Shown one piece after another: positions 54,191-64,000 of a DNA stretch of 64,000 bases; position 1 is the first letter of the stretch, and every line of letters begins with the position of its first letter. Below the pieces are notes generated by a model that saw only the letters and a program-made list of their open reading frames with translations, was not told the DNA's origin and did no database searches. The translations under genes were made by a program, and so were the position numbers. Source of the DNA: Candidatus Latescibacterota bacterium (GTDB lineage: Bacteria; Latescibacterota; UBA2968; GCA-2709665); contig OZ242180.1 of the NCBI GenBank assembly GCA_965205485.1, positions 736,001 through 800,000 on the forward strand. Direction: 5' to 3'.

Positions 54191-55345
54191 TCATTCTTCT
54201 TCCGTGTGACGTCGTGTATACACCCGACCGCCCTTGACGACGGTCACTGGCGCCAGATTCCGCTTACCCGTCCGGACCTCCCCCGTCGAGTCTTCGAGAC
54301 GAAAGTCCCCTTCCCGCAGCTCGAACACCACGGCGTCACCGAACGCTCCCTTCGCCAACGTCCCCACCTCCCCCTCCATCCCGATTATCTTCGAAGGTAC
54401 GGACGTCACGCGCGCAATCGAATCCTCAATCGACAGGCCCAGGTGCAGGAACTTGGTGACCACCGAAGCCAGGTCGTAAACGGGTCCGTTGACATTGTAG
54501 ATGTGCAGGTCCGATGAAATCGTTGTGGGAAGCACATCCTGCGACAGCGCCTTCTCGACGATTTCCCACGAAAAAGACCCGGCGCCGTGGCCCACGTCGA
54601 ACACGACGCCCCGTTCGATCGCTTCCAGGACCGATTCGCGGACACGACCGTCATCGTCGAGAATCCCGCACGGGTAGTCGTGAAAACAATGCGTCAGAAT
54701 GTCTCCACTTTTCATCACTCCGAGTATATCGTCAATCGAACTGCACCAGGCGTCCTGCGGATGTACCATTATGGGCAGTCCTGCCGCGTCCGCCGCCTCC
54801 CTTGCCCGGTGGAGCGGAATCATACCCGACCGTTCACTGACGATGGTATTCCTCGTCAGCCGGACTTTCACCCCCAGAACGACGTCACGGTGTCGCTCGA
54901 TCATTCGGCATGCCTTGTCCACGTCCGCGTATTCGGGAATCTCGAACTCGCCGATCTCCGCGGTGAGCATACCCTGCGACGAGATATTCATCTGCGCCAG
55001 GATCCGCGTCTCGCTCACGTCGATCACGTATTTGCGGAAACCCGGAAAAATATCGGCGCCCGCGGATCCCGCGTCGACCACCGTCGTCGCGCCTCGAGCC
55101 AGACACGTGGGATCGGGTTCGATGCCATAGTGACTGACGCCGGCGAATACGTGGACGTGAAGATCGATCAGCCCCGGCGTCACCACGCAACCCGAAGCGT
55201 CGATCACCTCGCGGGCGTCGTCCTTATCAAGACACTCGCCGGCGGCGGCAACACGCCCGGCCGCGAACCCCACGTCCCGTACGCCGCTGAGGTTCTCCGC
55301 CGGATCGACCAGCATCCCTCCCTTGATGAGCAGATCGTACTTCAT
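54191..55345 (-). CDS. Amidohydrolase/deacetylase family metallohydrolase (dihydroorotase-like)
   Basis: PGLIDLHVH; DAGSAG; GVKVR; MVH; LTHCF; DVGHG; ISSDLH. Confidence 0.92.
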   Translation of the reverse strand: MKYDLLIKGGMLVDPAENLSGVRDVGFAAGRVAAAGECLDKDDAREVIDASGCVVTPGLIDLHVHVFAGVSHYGIEPDPTCLARGATTVVDAGSAGADIFPGFRKYVIDVSETRILAQMNISSQGMLTAEIGEFEIPEYADVDKACRMIERHRDVVLGVKVRLTRNTIVSERSGMIPLHRAREAADAAGLPIMVHPQDAWCSSIDDILGVMKSGDILTHCFHDYPCGILDDDGRVRESVLEAIERGVVFDVGHGAGSFSWEIVEKALSQDVLPTTISSDLHIYNVNGPVYDLASVVTKFLHLGLSIEDSIARVTSVPSKIIGMEGEVGTLAKGAFGDAVVFELREGDFRLEDSTGEVRTGKRNLAPVTVVKGGRVYTRRHTEEE

Positions 55346-55417
55346 GGCAGGCTCGAATTCCGTGTGAATTTTCCTGCGGTGGGCCGACGCCAGGTGCGTA
55401 CTTGTGGCGTCAACCGG

Positions 55418-56305
55418 TCAAGCGGATACTTCGGGTTCACCCCGATCGGAATAAACGAAATCATAGGTCAACGCATCCCCCACCGGCCAGTAGCCGATAT
55501 TTTGATAGATGCTGTTGGACGTGGGATTCAGCTGATCTGTAAACAGGCTGCAGAACCCATATCCGTCCGAGAGGAGCTTCTTCGTCAGCGACCAGACGCA
55601 CGACGTTGCATATCCCTTATTGCGATGCTCAGCAGGCGTATACACGCCATTGATGGTAATGCCGTTCCTGGTTGCACGTGAGGTCTTCGCCATGGAAACC
55701 GGACCACTGCGGTCCCAGATGTACAGCTGTTCAGTCTGAATGTACCGTTTGGCGGCGCCGGCGGCTGCCTCGGGATCGGTCGGCTCACCGATCTGCTCCG
55801 AGAACTCCGCAGTCCACCTCGCCATCAGTGTGTGATCATCCATGGACGCCAGGCGCATTGTACCCGCGGAAAGGGGCACGTCGGCGACCTCTCTGATTTC
55901 GAAGGCACGCATTCGCATGGCCAGACTGGCTGAACTGCCTGGCACAGCCCCGGTCCACCGATCGGAAAAAACGCGGGCTTCGTCCTCCGGACCGACGACG
56001 CCGGGTACGGAGACCTCGTTCATTTGCAAATGGCGAACCAGTGGAATCACCGCATCCTCAGTCTTCGCCTCGAATCTGCTGAGGATGAGTTTTCTTCCCT
56101 GCGTCAGGATTGCCATCCCGACGGCCCGGCTCCGATCCATGACACTCAGCATCACGGGTGGCTCGACGCCGTAGCGCTTCGGATTTCCGACAAGCCCGTA
56201 CATGAGGCCGAGCGGCAGGTTGTGTTCGCTCTCCCGCAATTCCAGGTACTCGGCGGTTTTGGATATCAGGTCCTCGGCACGGTTATGGGATAAGATCTCG
56301 ATCAT
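55418..56305 (-). CDS. GNAT N-acetyltransferase (FR47-like C-terminus)
   Basis: INGVYTPAEHRNKGYA; LFTDQLNPTSNSIYQNIGY. Confidence 0.9.
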   Translation of the reverse strand: MIEILSHNRAEDLISKTAEYLELRESEHNLPLGLMYGLVGNPKRYGVEPPVMLSVMDRSRAVGMAILTQGRKLILSRFEAKTEDAVIPLVRHLQMNEVSVPGVVGPEDEARVFSDRWTGAVPGSSASLAMRMRAFEIREVADVPLSAGTMRLASMDDHTLMARWTAEFSEQIGEPTDPEAAAGAAKRYIQTEQLYIWDRSGPVSMAKTSRATRNGITINGVYTPAEHRNKGYATSCVWSLTKKLLSDGYGFCSLFTDQLNPTSNSIYQNIGYWPVGDALTYDFVYSDRGEPEVSA

Positions 56306-56396
56306 CGCGCTGTCCTTGCGAATTCACAGGCGAATATATGTGGGATTGCGGGCATCTTGAAAGGCGGCGGATATGGCCGAATCGCGTTGCGCGACG

Positions 56397-57011
56397 TTAT
56401 GACAGGATCCGTCGTCTTCTCAGGTGGGTCCTCAACTGCCCTGAATTGCGAAAGTGTATGGACGGCAGGCCAATCGACACTGCACTCCTCACGTTCTGGA
56501 TCCGATCGTCGATAAACAGACACTCGTGAGGACCGTACCCCAGGGAATCGAGAATCTCCGGAAAGACCGACGGGTCGGACTTGGTCTTGCCCAGTTCATA
56601 GGAGTAAAACCGGTCGTTGAACAGGTTCAGGAATGGATGAATCGACCTGATGTATGGAACCCATTCCCGAACGTGGTCCGACAACAGGGCAACATGATAT
56701 GTTTTCACGACCTCGTGAAGAATAACGAGAGAACCCTCGATCCGGACGTGGAAGTTGTCCCTGATCATCCGTTTGAGCGACGCCAGGCCAAGGTCCCAGC
56801 CCGTTCGCTCCAGAATCCCGCCCAGATAGGAATCCTCTGATATTTCCCCTCTCAGGACCTGCATCACCGGTTCTCCCCCAAAGCACTCCAGGAGACCATC
56901 TTCGGAAATGGAGAGCGCTGCCGAGATTCGCTTCTCGATCCCGGGAAGCCCTGCGATGAAAACTTCCGACAGATCGAAGATGATACAACGAGGAGTGTTT
57001 TCGTTTTTCAT
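56397..57011 (-). CDS. HAD family phosphatase
   Basis: IIFDLSEV; LLSD; KSDP; LFIDDRIQNV. Confidence 0.88.
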   Translation of the reverse strand: MKNENTPRCIIFDLSEVFIAGLPGIEKRISAALSISEDGLLECFGGEPVMQVLRGEISEDSYLGGILERTGWDLGLASLKRMIRDNFHVRIEGSLVILHEVVKTYHVALLSDHVREWVPYIRSIHPFLNLFNDRFYSYELGKTKSDPSVFPEILDSLGYGPHECLFIDDRIQNVRSAVSIGLPSIHFRNSGQLRTHLRRRRILS

Positions 57012-57012
57012 T

Positions 57013-57813
57013 CTAATCGGCCTCGCCATGCAGCCATCGAAGCCCTCCCGGCCAGCCCTTGTTCGCCATGGTCAGGATCGCGCGATAGTAGTCATTCAAG
57101 CCTGTTACGGTATAGTCATAGGAATCCGAATGCTGCACGCTGTAGTTGGCGATTCCGGCTGATGCAAACTGGGAAGGTCGCATATGCCGGCCTTCAGGAC
57201 CCCCGTACCGCATGACCAGTTCGGCGTCGTTCATCAGGTCCCACGTCGTTGCCGGCAGGCCGTCGGCCATTCGATAGACGATCCCCGAATTCGTGTCGAC
57301 GGCGCCCCAGGTTCCGAGTCGATGGACTTCGACGATAACGTGTCCGCTGTAGGCGGCATTGAGATTGAAGAGATTCACAATTCGGCTGGGGAAGCCGGCA
57401 ATCTGATACAGCGTGCAGCCCACGCGCGCCACGTCGGTACACCAGTCCGTGCCCCTCGCGATGATCTCCTCTTCCGTTCCTCCGAATTCCAGATCGGCCA
57501 ACTCGTCAGGGGCATCCTCGTGATCCAGGCCCAGAGTGAGTTCAGCGATCCGGGCAACCTGCCGTTCCTGATCACCAGTGGGTAATTCAGCCTGCGCGAG
57601 CAACGCTTCCAGTACCGGTCGGGAACCTTCAACATAACCTGTCGTCAGGTCCGTGAAATCCTGGTAAAGGTACGCCTCGGTTTCGCTGCAAAGCCTGATC
57701 ATGCCCGACGCGATCTCGCGATCAACGCTTCCATCCGCGTGAGGGTCGTTGTCGAGCATCACCCAGTATGCCTTGCCGAAGGCCTTCGGGCCTGTAAACG
57801 TATGAAGTTCCAT
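57013..57813 (-). CDS. Transglutaminase-like domain protein
   Basis: Cys-His-Asp motifs WCTDVAR, SGHVIVEV, WGAVDT. Confidence 0.8.
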   Translation of the reverse strand: MELHTFTGPKAFGKAYWVMLDNDPHADGSVDREIASGMIRLCSETEAYLYQDFTDLTTGYVEGSRPVLEALLAQAELPTGDQERQVARIAELTLGLDHEDAPDELADLEFGGTEEEIIARGTDWCTDVARVGCTLYQIAGFPSRIVNLFNLNAAYSGHVIVEVHRLGTWGAVDTNSGIVYRMADGLPATTWDLMNDAELVMRYGGPEGRHMRPSQFASAGIANYSVQHSDSYDYTVTGLNDYYRAILTMANKGWPGGLRWLHGEAD

Positions 57814-57967
57814 TATTGGCAATCAGAAATGCCTGAAGTACCGTTGTAAAACTCCGCCGGGATCGTTATATTCCGCGAGACCGGGCTTCAAGTCGTTTCT
57901 TTGTTTCCGAACACGGATCGCTGTTTTTTCCTTTGTGCCTTCGTGTCTCCGTGTGAGCCGTATTCCA

Positions 57968-58231
57968 ATGACCGATACCCAGCTATTGCAGGAATTCGAA
58001 GCCCTCGCCGAGCGCCTGGACATTCCCGTCACCTACGCGAATCTCGGAGACGGCAACGGCGGCCTGTGCGTCGTGAAAGGCGAGCGACGCTTTATCCTGA
58101 ACCGGAGCGCCGAGGCAAGAACACGAAATGAGATCTTCGCGCGGGAATTCGCGCGGCTGTCCCTTGACGAAGTGTTCATCCGGCCCGTCGTTCGTGAACG
58201 CATCGACGCCCTCAGATCCGCCCGCGAATAA
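57968..58231 (+). CDS. Conserved hypothetical protein
   Basis: LAERLDIPVTY...GGLCVVKGERRFILN...LDEVFIRPVVRE, a well-formed small ORF. Confidence 0.75.
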   Translation: MTDTQLLQEFEALAERLDIPVTYANLGDGNGGLCVVKGERRFILNRSAEARTRNEIFAREFARLSLDEVFIRPVVRERIDALRSARE

Positions 58232-58257
58232 TTACCCCCCAACACCACGACTTCCGT

Positions 58258-59229
58258 TTACACGTACCGAATATTCTTCCCGAGCATCGCCACCGCTTCG
58301 CCGGTTGCGACCATCGGCCGTAACGACCGCGCCCAGAAAATGGAATCCTGGGGGGCATAAACCGTTTCGAGTACGCTGCCGAACGGGTCGGTCACGTCCG
58401 CAACGGGATCTCCCTTTTGTAGATGATCGTACAGGGCGGCCCGGTACTCCAGAAAACCGCCCCGGGCGGCGAGGAGCGAAAGAAAGCCGTCCACGACGAT
58501 CTGTCGACGGGGGGTCTGGGCCCGGCCGTCGACAAAACCGTAGTGCTTCAGTATATTTTCCACGCCCGCCACGCCCTTCTCTATGCTGCCCTCATCCCAA
58601 CCGAGACAGCCCCCCAGTTCCGGATCGATCGTCGGAATCCCTTCGTCGGGGGCCGCCCGCGCCAGCTGACCTTCCGGACCCCTGCAGTCCAGAATGTACC
58701 CGATATCAAACACGCGGGCCATTTCCATACACGCCCGATGGATGCGCTTGCGCCGGTCCACTCTCACGCGGACTTCGTCGATCATGGGCCGGACGCCGCC
58801 CTGGTGCAGGTCGATACAGTAGTCCGCCTGTTTCACCGCACGATGGAAGAGCCGATACGCCACCCGCTCGCTCGACGTTCCCTCCTTGCGGCCGGGAAAG
58901 CATCGGTTCATCTTCTTTCCGTCTACGGGATTCAGCGACTCCCCCGCGTGAAAGGCGTGGAAGTTAACGATCAGGGTCGCAATCAACCTGCCCTTCAGAA
59001 CCGCAGGGTCCAGCCGCTTCAGCACGCGCCGGATCACCGCGATTCCGTTCAGTTCGTCGCCGTCACTTGCGGCCTGCATGTACAGCGTCGGCCCCGGCTT
59101 CGCACCGTTCACCAGCACCATAGGGAGGCGCGCCGGGGAGTTATCCTGCATCTCTCCGACCGTCAGGTAGCCATCCCGCCGATGCCCCGGCTCCGCTTCG
59201 ATATGCTCTACCTTGAGAATGTCGCTCAT
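58258..59229 (-). CDS. Succinylglutamate desuccinylase / aspartoacylase (M14) family protein
   Basis: DGDELNG; MNRCFPG; IDLHQG; PELGG; C-terminal biotinyl-like domain. Confidence 0.9.
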   Translation of the reverse strand: MSDILKVEHIEAEPGHRRDGYLTVGEMQDNSPARLPMVLVNGAKPGPTLYMQAASDGDELNGIAVIRRVLKRLDPAVLKGRLIATLIVNFHAFHAGESLNPVDGKKMNRCFPGRKEGTSSERVAYRLFHRAVKQADYCIDLHQGGVRPMIDEVRVRVDRRKRIHRACMEMARVFDIGYILDCRGPEGQLARAAPDEGIPTIDPELGGCLGWDEGSIEKGVAGVENILKHYGFVDGRAQTPRRQIVVDGFLSLLAARGGFLEYRAALYDHLQKGDPVADVTDPFGSVLETVYAPQDSIFWARSLRPMVATGEAVAMLGKNIRYV

Positions 59230-59478
59230 ATCGACCTCAGCGTCGAACTTCGTATGTCCGGATTCAACAATAAACATGCACGGTACCATCGTCTTTTGTC
59301 AACAGAAAAGGGGCCGAAAAGAAGCCGCCGGGTGGACCTACCCCCTAACCCCCTTCCTGAAGGAAGGGGGACGGTGATGGGTCGCCGAAATACGGTGAGA
59401 CGGGGTGTGGTCTTCTACCCTCTCCCGTCTCGCCGAATTATTGTTTTTATATTATCTTTAGCCTATATATTATTTAAT

Positions 59479-59739
59479 ATGTGGACTATCGTCGAACATC
59501 GCAGGATCGGCAGGCAGATCGAATCCATCCCCGCGAAGACCCTGAAACGTTACGAGACGTGGAAGGACGTCACAGCCCTTTCCGGCCCGGATGGCGTCAG
59601 TTCAATCGAGGGTTTTCATGACGAGCCACGTCCGGGAAAGAAGAAAGGACGGCGACAGTCCTGGCTGGACGCCGGTTGGCGCGTTGTCTACAGAATCAGG
59701 AAACGGGAGATCCGCGTGAGAGCCATACGCGGACAGTGA
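59479..59739 (+). CDS. RelE/HigB-like toxin, possibly degenerate
   Basis: MWTIVEHRR...KRYETWKDV..SGPDG..IEGFHDE...WRVVYRI; upstream of an XRE gene; AT-rich promoter right before the ATG. Confidence 0.75.
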   Translation: MWTIVEHRRIGRQIESIPAKTLKRYETWKDVTALSGPDGVSSIEGFHDEPRPGKKKGRRQSWLDAGWRVVYRIRKREIRVRAIRGQ

Positions 59740-59756
59740 TCACGGGAGAAAACGAG

Positions 59757-60017
59757 ATGGGAAAGAATCGCAAGGCGCCGAAGCGCGCGGTTGTCACGGT
59801 CGGGGAGTCGGTCCGCACAATCCGCGAACTTCAGAAACTCAGCCAGAATGAACTCGCCAGGCGCACCGGTATCCCTCAGCCGACAATCTCGGCCATCGAA
59901 AACGGGCGCATCAGGCTTGGCGTCGAGCGCGCAAAGATGCTGGCGCGAGCGCTTATGTGCCATCCGGCCGTCCTGGTGTTCCCGGGCTGGGAGATCGAAG
60001 AGCGTTCCGGCGCCTGA
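59757..60017 (+). CDS. XRE-family HTH antitoxin
   Basis: VGESVRTIRELQKLSQNELARRTGIPQPTISAIENGRIRLGVERAKMLARAL..HPAVLVFPGW. Confidence 0.9.
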   Translation: MGKNRKAPKRAVVTVGESVRTIRELQKLSQNELARRTGIPQPTISAIENGRIRLGVERAKMLARALMCHPAVLVFPGWEIEERSGA

Positions 60018-60098
60018 TCCGCCTACTTAACTAAGAACCCGGAAAGTGTCGCATGAGCGACCGTGCCCATTTCCGTACCCTTCCGATGGAGGTCTGCC

Positions 60099-61871
60099 AT
60101 GAAGCGGATCGCAATCAAGGTCTTTGCCATTATCGGCGGCGTGGCCACACTGTTCGTCATCGTACTCGCGGCAGTTGTCATCGCACTGATCTACGAGGAT
60201 GAAGAACAGGTCCCGCCGTTGACGGTACTCGAAGTGAACCTTGAACGGAATATTCCCGAGCACGTGCCGCGCGATCCGATTGCCGAAATCCTGTTTCCCG
60301 ACATGGTAACTGTACGGGATCTGGTCGAAGGCCTTCAACGGGCCGCGTCAGACGAGCGCGTCGTTGCGCTTCTGGCAAGGGTAGGGAACAGCGGCATGGG
60401 CCTCGCGCGGCTGCAGGAGGTGCGAGACGCCGTTCACGCCTTCGGCGAAAGCGGAAAGCCGGCGGTCGCTTACGCCGAGACCTTCGGCGAATTCGGCCCG
60501 GGCAATGGCGCCTATTATCTCGCAACGGCATTCGACGAAATCTATCTCCAGCCTTCCGGTGTGGTTGGGCTGACCGGCCTGATCGCCGAGACCCCGTTCA
60601 TTCGCGGAATGCTGGAAAAGCTGGGCATCGTCCCCCGTATGGACCATCGGGATGAGTACAAGAGCGCGAAAAATGTCTACACCGAACGCCAGTACACGCC
60701 CGCCCACAAAGAAGCGACGCAGGCGGTGATGGATTCGCAATTCGATCAACTCGTGCGGGGAATCGCGGACAGGCGCGGCTTGTCTGCGGAAGCTGTCCGC
60801 GATCTGTTCGACCAGGGACCGTTTCTGTCGAAAGATGCGCTGGAAGCCGGGCTGGTGGACGGGCTGGCATATCGGGACGAGATTTACGAACGCGTGAAGG
60901 ACCAGGTCGACGCCGGAGCGAAGTATCTGACGCTGCGAAAATACCTCAAAAGGCTGGAGGAGTCTCACGAACACGCCGAGACCGTTGCGCTGATCTACGG
61001 TGTCGGCGACGTGACGCGTGGCAAGAGCGATTTCGATCCCGGGTCGGGTGCGACCACAATGGGATCGGATACGATTACCAGGGCCTTCCGGAATGCAGTC
61101 AAAGATGACGACGTCAAAGCGATCCTCTTCCGTGTGGACAGCCCCGGCGGGTCCTATGTCGCCTCGGACGCGATATGGCGCGAAACCGTCCGTGCTCGCG
61201 AGGCCGGCAAACCAGTGGTCGTATCCATGGGAGACGTGGCAGGCTCCGGCGGGTACTTCGTGTCCATGGCCGCTGACAAAATCATTGCGCAGCCGGGGAC
61301 GATTACCGGTTCGATAGGCGTGGTGGCGGGCAAGATGCTCACGTCGGGGCTGTGGGAGAAGACCGGGATCTCCTGGGATGAAGTCCACACCAGCGCCCAT
61401 TCGACCATGTGGACGGGCACCAAAGACTACTCGGAGGAAGAATGGACGCTGTTCCAGGAGTGGCTGGACACGGTGTACGAGGATTTCACCGACAAGGTGG
61501 CCGAGGGGCGTTCGCTGCCGAAGGAGCGGGTACTCGACATTGCCAGGGGGCGGATCTGGACCGGGGAAGACGCCAGAAAGCTGGGGCTGCTGGACGAACT
61601 GGGCGGCTACGATACGGCGTTGAAACACGTTCGCGAAACCGCACAGTTGCCGCCCGACGCCGAACTCCGTCTCAAGGTCTTTCCCAGAGCGAAATCCCCC
61701 TGGGAGTATCTCCTGGAACATGGCATTATCCGAAGCAGTGAATCCGCCGTCGCTTCCGCATTCGCAAAGTCCATGCAAGAGCTGCAACCGGTGGTCGCGC
61801 TCGCGAGACGCCTGGGGCTCATCCCTTCGACCGGAGTGTTGACGATGCCGGACATTGGTCCGTTTCGGTAG
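60099..61871 (+). CDS. sppA: Signal peptide peptidase SppA (67-kDa type)
   Basis: N-terminal TM; YYLATAFDEI; YKSA; RVDSPGG; SMGDVAGSGGY; TGSIGV; GRIWTG. Confidence 0.95.
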   Translation: MKRIAIKVFAIIGGVATLFVIVLAAVVIALIYEDEEQVPPLTVLEVNLERNIPEHVPRDPIAEILFPDMVTVRDLVEGLQRAASDERVVALLARVGNSGMGLARLQEVRDAVHAFGESGKPAVAYAETFGEFGPGNGAYYLATAFDEIYLQPSGVVGLTGLIAETPFIRGMLEKLGIVPRMDHRDEYKSAKNVYTERQYTPAHKEATQAVMDSQFDQLVRGIADRRGLSAEAVRDLFDQGPFLSKDALEAGLVDGLAYRDEIYERVKDQVDAGAKYLTLRKYLKRLEESHEHAETVALIYGVGDVTRGKSDFDPGSGATTMGSDTITRAFRNAVKDDDVKAILFRVDSPGGSYVASDAIWRETVRAREAGKPVVVSMGDVAGSGGYFVSMAADKIIAQPGTITGSIGVVAGKMLTSGLWEKTGISWDEVHTSAHSTMWTGTKDYSEEEWTLFQEWLDTVYEDFTDKVAEGRSLPKERVLDIARGRIWTGEDARKLGLLDELGGYDTALKHVRETAQLPPDAELRLKVFPRAKSPWEYLLEHGIIRSSESAVASAFAKSMQELQPVVALARRLGLIPSTGVLTMPDIGPFR

Positions 61872-61881
61872 GGTCATTTCC

Positions 61882-62622
61882 ATGACGTCCGGGCAGACCT
61901 ATGACGCCATCGCCGAGCAATACCGCGACTCAAAGCTTCTCCCGTTCCGTCACGCCATCGAGCGCTATACGGTGTTCCAGCTATTGGGCGACCTGCGAGG
62001 GAAGACGGTTCTGGACCATGCCTGCGGCGAGGGGATCTATGCGCGTCAGTTCAAGCGAGCCGGCGCGTCCGAGGTAACAGGGGTTGACGTCTCGCCCGAG
62101 ATGATCGCGCTTGCGGAGGCCGACGAGCGGGCGAACCCGTTGGGCTGCCGGTACGTGTGTGAAGACGCCGCACGGTTCGTGACTGACGAGCCGGTTGACG
62201 TTGTGACCGCCATCTATTTGCTCAACTACGCCCGGACGGATGACGAACTGGCGTCCTTCTGCCGAGCCTGTTTTCGCGCCCTGCGTCCGGGCGGCCGTCT
62301 CGTGGGGTTCAACGACAACGTCCGCAACCCCCCTCTGCACGATCGATCGCTGTCGAAATACGGTCTTGAACGGGCCTGCCGCCACCCGTTGCTCGAAGGC
62401 GACATCATCCGCTATCGGATCACCAACCCCGACGGCCAGGTGTTCGAGTTCGACAACTACTACCTGGCGCCCGCCACCTATGAGCGGACGATGCGAGACA
62501 GCGGATTCGACGACTTTCGCTGGATCGACGCCGCCCTCGACCCCGCCGAGCCCGAGGCGGCTTTCTGGGAAGACTTCCTGGCGCAGAAACCGCTCGTCGC
62601 CTTCACCGCGAGCCGGCGTTAG
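61882..62622 (+). CDS. Class I SAM-dependent methyltransferase
   Basis: VLDHACGEG; VTGVDVS; YLLNYA; LRPGG. Confidence 0.9.
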   Translation: MTSGQTYDAIAEQYRDSKLLPFRHAIERYTVFQLLGDLRGKTVLDHACGEGIYARQFKRAGASEVTGVDVSPEMIALAEADERANPLGCRYVCEDAARFVTDEPVDVVTAIYLLNYARTDDELASFCRACFRALRPGGRLVGFNDNVRNPPLHDRSLSKYGLERACRHPLLEGDIIRYRITNPDGQVFEFDNYYLAPATYERTMRDSGFDDFRWIDAALDPAEPEAAFWEDFLAQKPLVAFTASRR

Positions 62623-62644
62623 CTACGCAAAGAGAGCGCATGGG

Positions 62645-64000
62645 CTAATCGGCACCGTCGATAATATCGATGTTCACTACAACGCTCTGACGCCCGCCCT
62701 TTCCGTCGATGGCGCGCACGATGACCGCGAATCCCTTCTTTTTCACAGAGTCGTACGGCCCCTTCGACAGGATCTGGGCCGTGCCCACGTCGATGGCGAA
62801 GTGTTCCGCATCGGCGCCCCACAGGCTGTAAGCCAGCGCATCGCCGTCCTCGTCGGTTGCCGGGACGGGGTCACCTATCGGCTCACCGGCCGCCGTGTTT
62901 ACGGGCACCGACCGCTTCACCGGCGACGCCACGGCGAACACCGGCACGCGGTTGACCGTATCGCCGAAGCTTCCGGCAAACGCCACGAAATCGTCAAATC
63001 CGATACCGCCGTCGCTGTCAAGGTCGAACCTTGCGTCATACGCATCATCGCCCTCTACGGATCCGAACGCGCCCGCGAACATCACGAAATCGGCGAACCC
63101 CACCTGCCCATTCCCGTCGAAATCCGCGGAAGGCGGCGCGGCTGCCTGCAGCACGATGCTCGCCTCGGACGAGGTCCGCACCGGCCAACCTGATCTCCGT
63201 TTCCGTCAGCGCGTCCGTCGTCCAGAGCCGCAACGTCCCCACCAATCCGCTGTCGACCAGGGCCATCCCGGCCAGCGAAGCCACGCTGATTTTCACGAAA
63301 TTCGAATCCTTCTCCACCAGCGCCGTCGCGTCCGGCAACGCACCGCCCGCGTCGAACCCCCCGAACACAACCTGCGTCGTGTCATAGCCCACGTGGAAGT
63401 CCAGACCTCGCGTTCCCCGGATACCCGCGCCGAATACCTGAACATGCGCCGCGCCGCCGGGGGAGACACTCAGCATCGACACGTATTGGTCCTTCTCTGA
63501 TGAGTCCGGGTCCAGTGAAAGAGAGAACAGGTCATAATGGACAAAGACCTCCGTCCGTACCGTCTCCAGCGCCGTCCATTCGCCGTCGCCAGCCTTGCTT
63601 TTCGACCGCACCTGTACCTCGTAGCCCGTGTCCGCTTCCCGTCCGTTGATGATCGCGCCGGTCTCGGTCATGCCCTGAGGCCCATCCCTCCATTCCCCCT
63701 CGCCGCCTTCCCGGTAGCGCAGGTCGTAGCCCGTGATGGGTTCCCCGCCATCGGTGGAGGGCGCGGTCCAACTGATTGTCACGCTGCCCGGCGACGTCTC
63801 CGTCACTGCGGGCCCTGCCGGCGGGGGCGGAGGCGCAAGCGTCCGCACCGGCTCCAGTGACGTCCACGCGCTGTGACGTGAGTTGCCGCTGGACCTGACC
63901 TGCACCTCGTATGCCGAGTCCGGCTCAAGACCCTCTATCGTGGTGCTGGTACTCCTCACGTCCTGCGGGCCGTCGGTCCATTCCTCATCGCTGACTCTAC
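62645..64000 (-). CDS. 3' part of a surface protein: FN3 repeats, cohesin-like domain, paired dockerin-like EF-hands, cadherin; frameshift near 63160; 5' end outside the window
   Basis: WTAPSTDGGEPITGYDLRYR / YEVQVRS FN3; ADFDGNGQVGFADFVMFAGAFG...FDLDSDGGIGFDDFVAFAGSFG; NTAAGEPIGDPVPATDEDGD cadherin; two overlapping ORFs. Confidence 0.8.

Noticed and set aside
58423..59478. 438-aa ORF 58423-59739 as one protein
   Set aside because: Most of it is antisense to the M14 gene; only the last 86 codons look like a real toxin gene.

Overview
Bacterial DNA of roughly 60% GC (estimated by eye). The gene style (dockerin-like EF-hand tags, LRR, FN3, cadherin and Calx-beta surface proteins, many REP palindromes) suggests a Latescibacterota/Gemmatimonadota-like, possibly host-associated organism; this is inference only. 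The left ~35 kb is a signalling and surface-protein region. It holds a higBA module, two paralogous PAS histidine kinase + sigma54 enhancer-binding protein (bEBP) pairs, a ~3,260-aa repeat-rich autotransporter adhesin, a fused GAF-PAS-HK-REC-wHTH (OmpR-type) regulator, a dockerin-tagged membrane protein, a dockerin-LRR-zinc metalloprotease, and several small ORFs below the ORF-track cutoff. The right ~29 kb is mostly minus-strand small-molecule-modifying and housekeeping enzymes (methyltransferases, GNATs, APH-like kinases, 3 NUDIX, dcd, AAC(3), RidA, peptidases) with interspersed REPs, a second TA pair and sppA. The main unannotated signal is one promoter architecture repeated at five + strand sites (1494, 2784, 21868, 23499, 29258): four AAWTCA-like half-sites at offsets 0/11/32/43 and a TAnnnT -10 box at offset 61. 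Two sigma54 promoters also carry matching tandem enhancer palindromes. Together these suggest a two-tier cascade: fused OmpR-type regulator -> HK/bEBP pairs -> sigma54 adhesin. Four large genes are each broken by one frameshift, which may be sequencing error. No rRNA, tRNA, CRISPR array, integrase or transposase was recognised.
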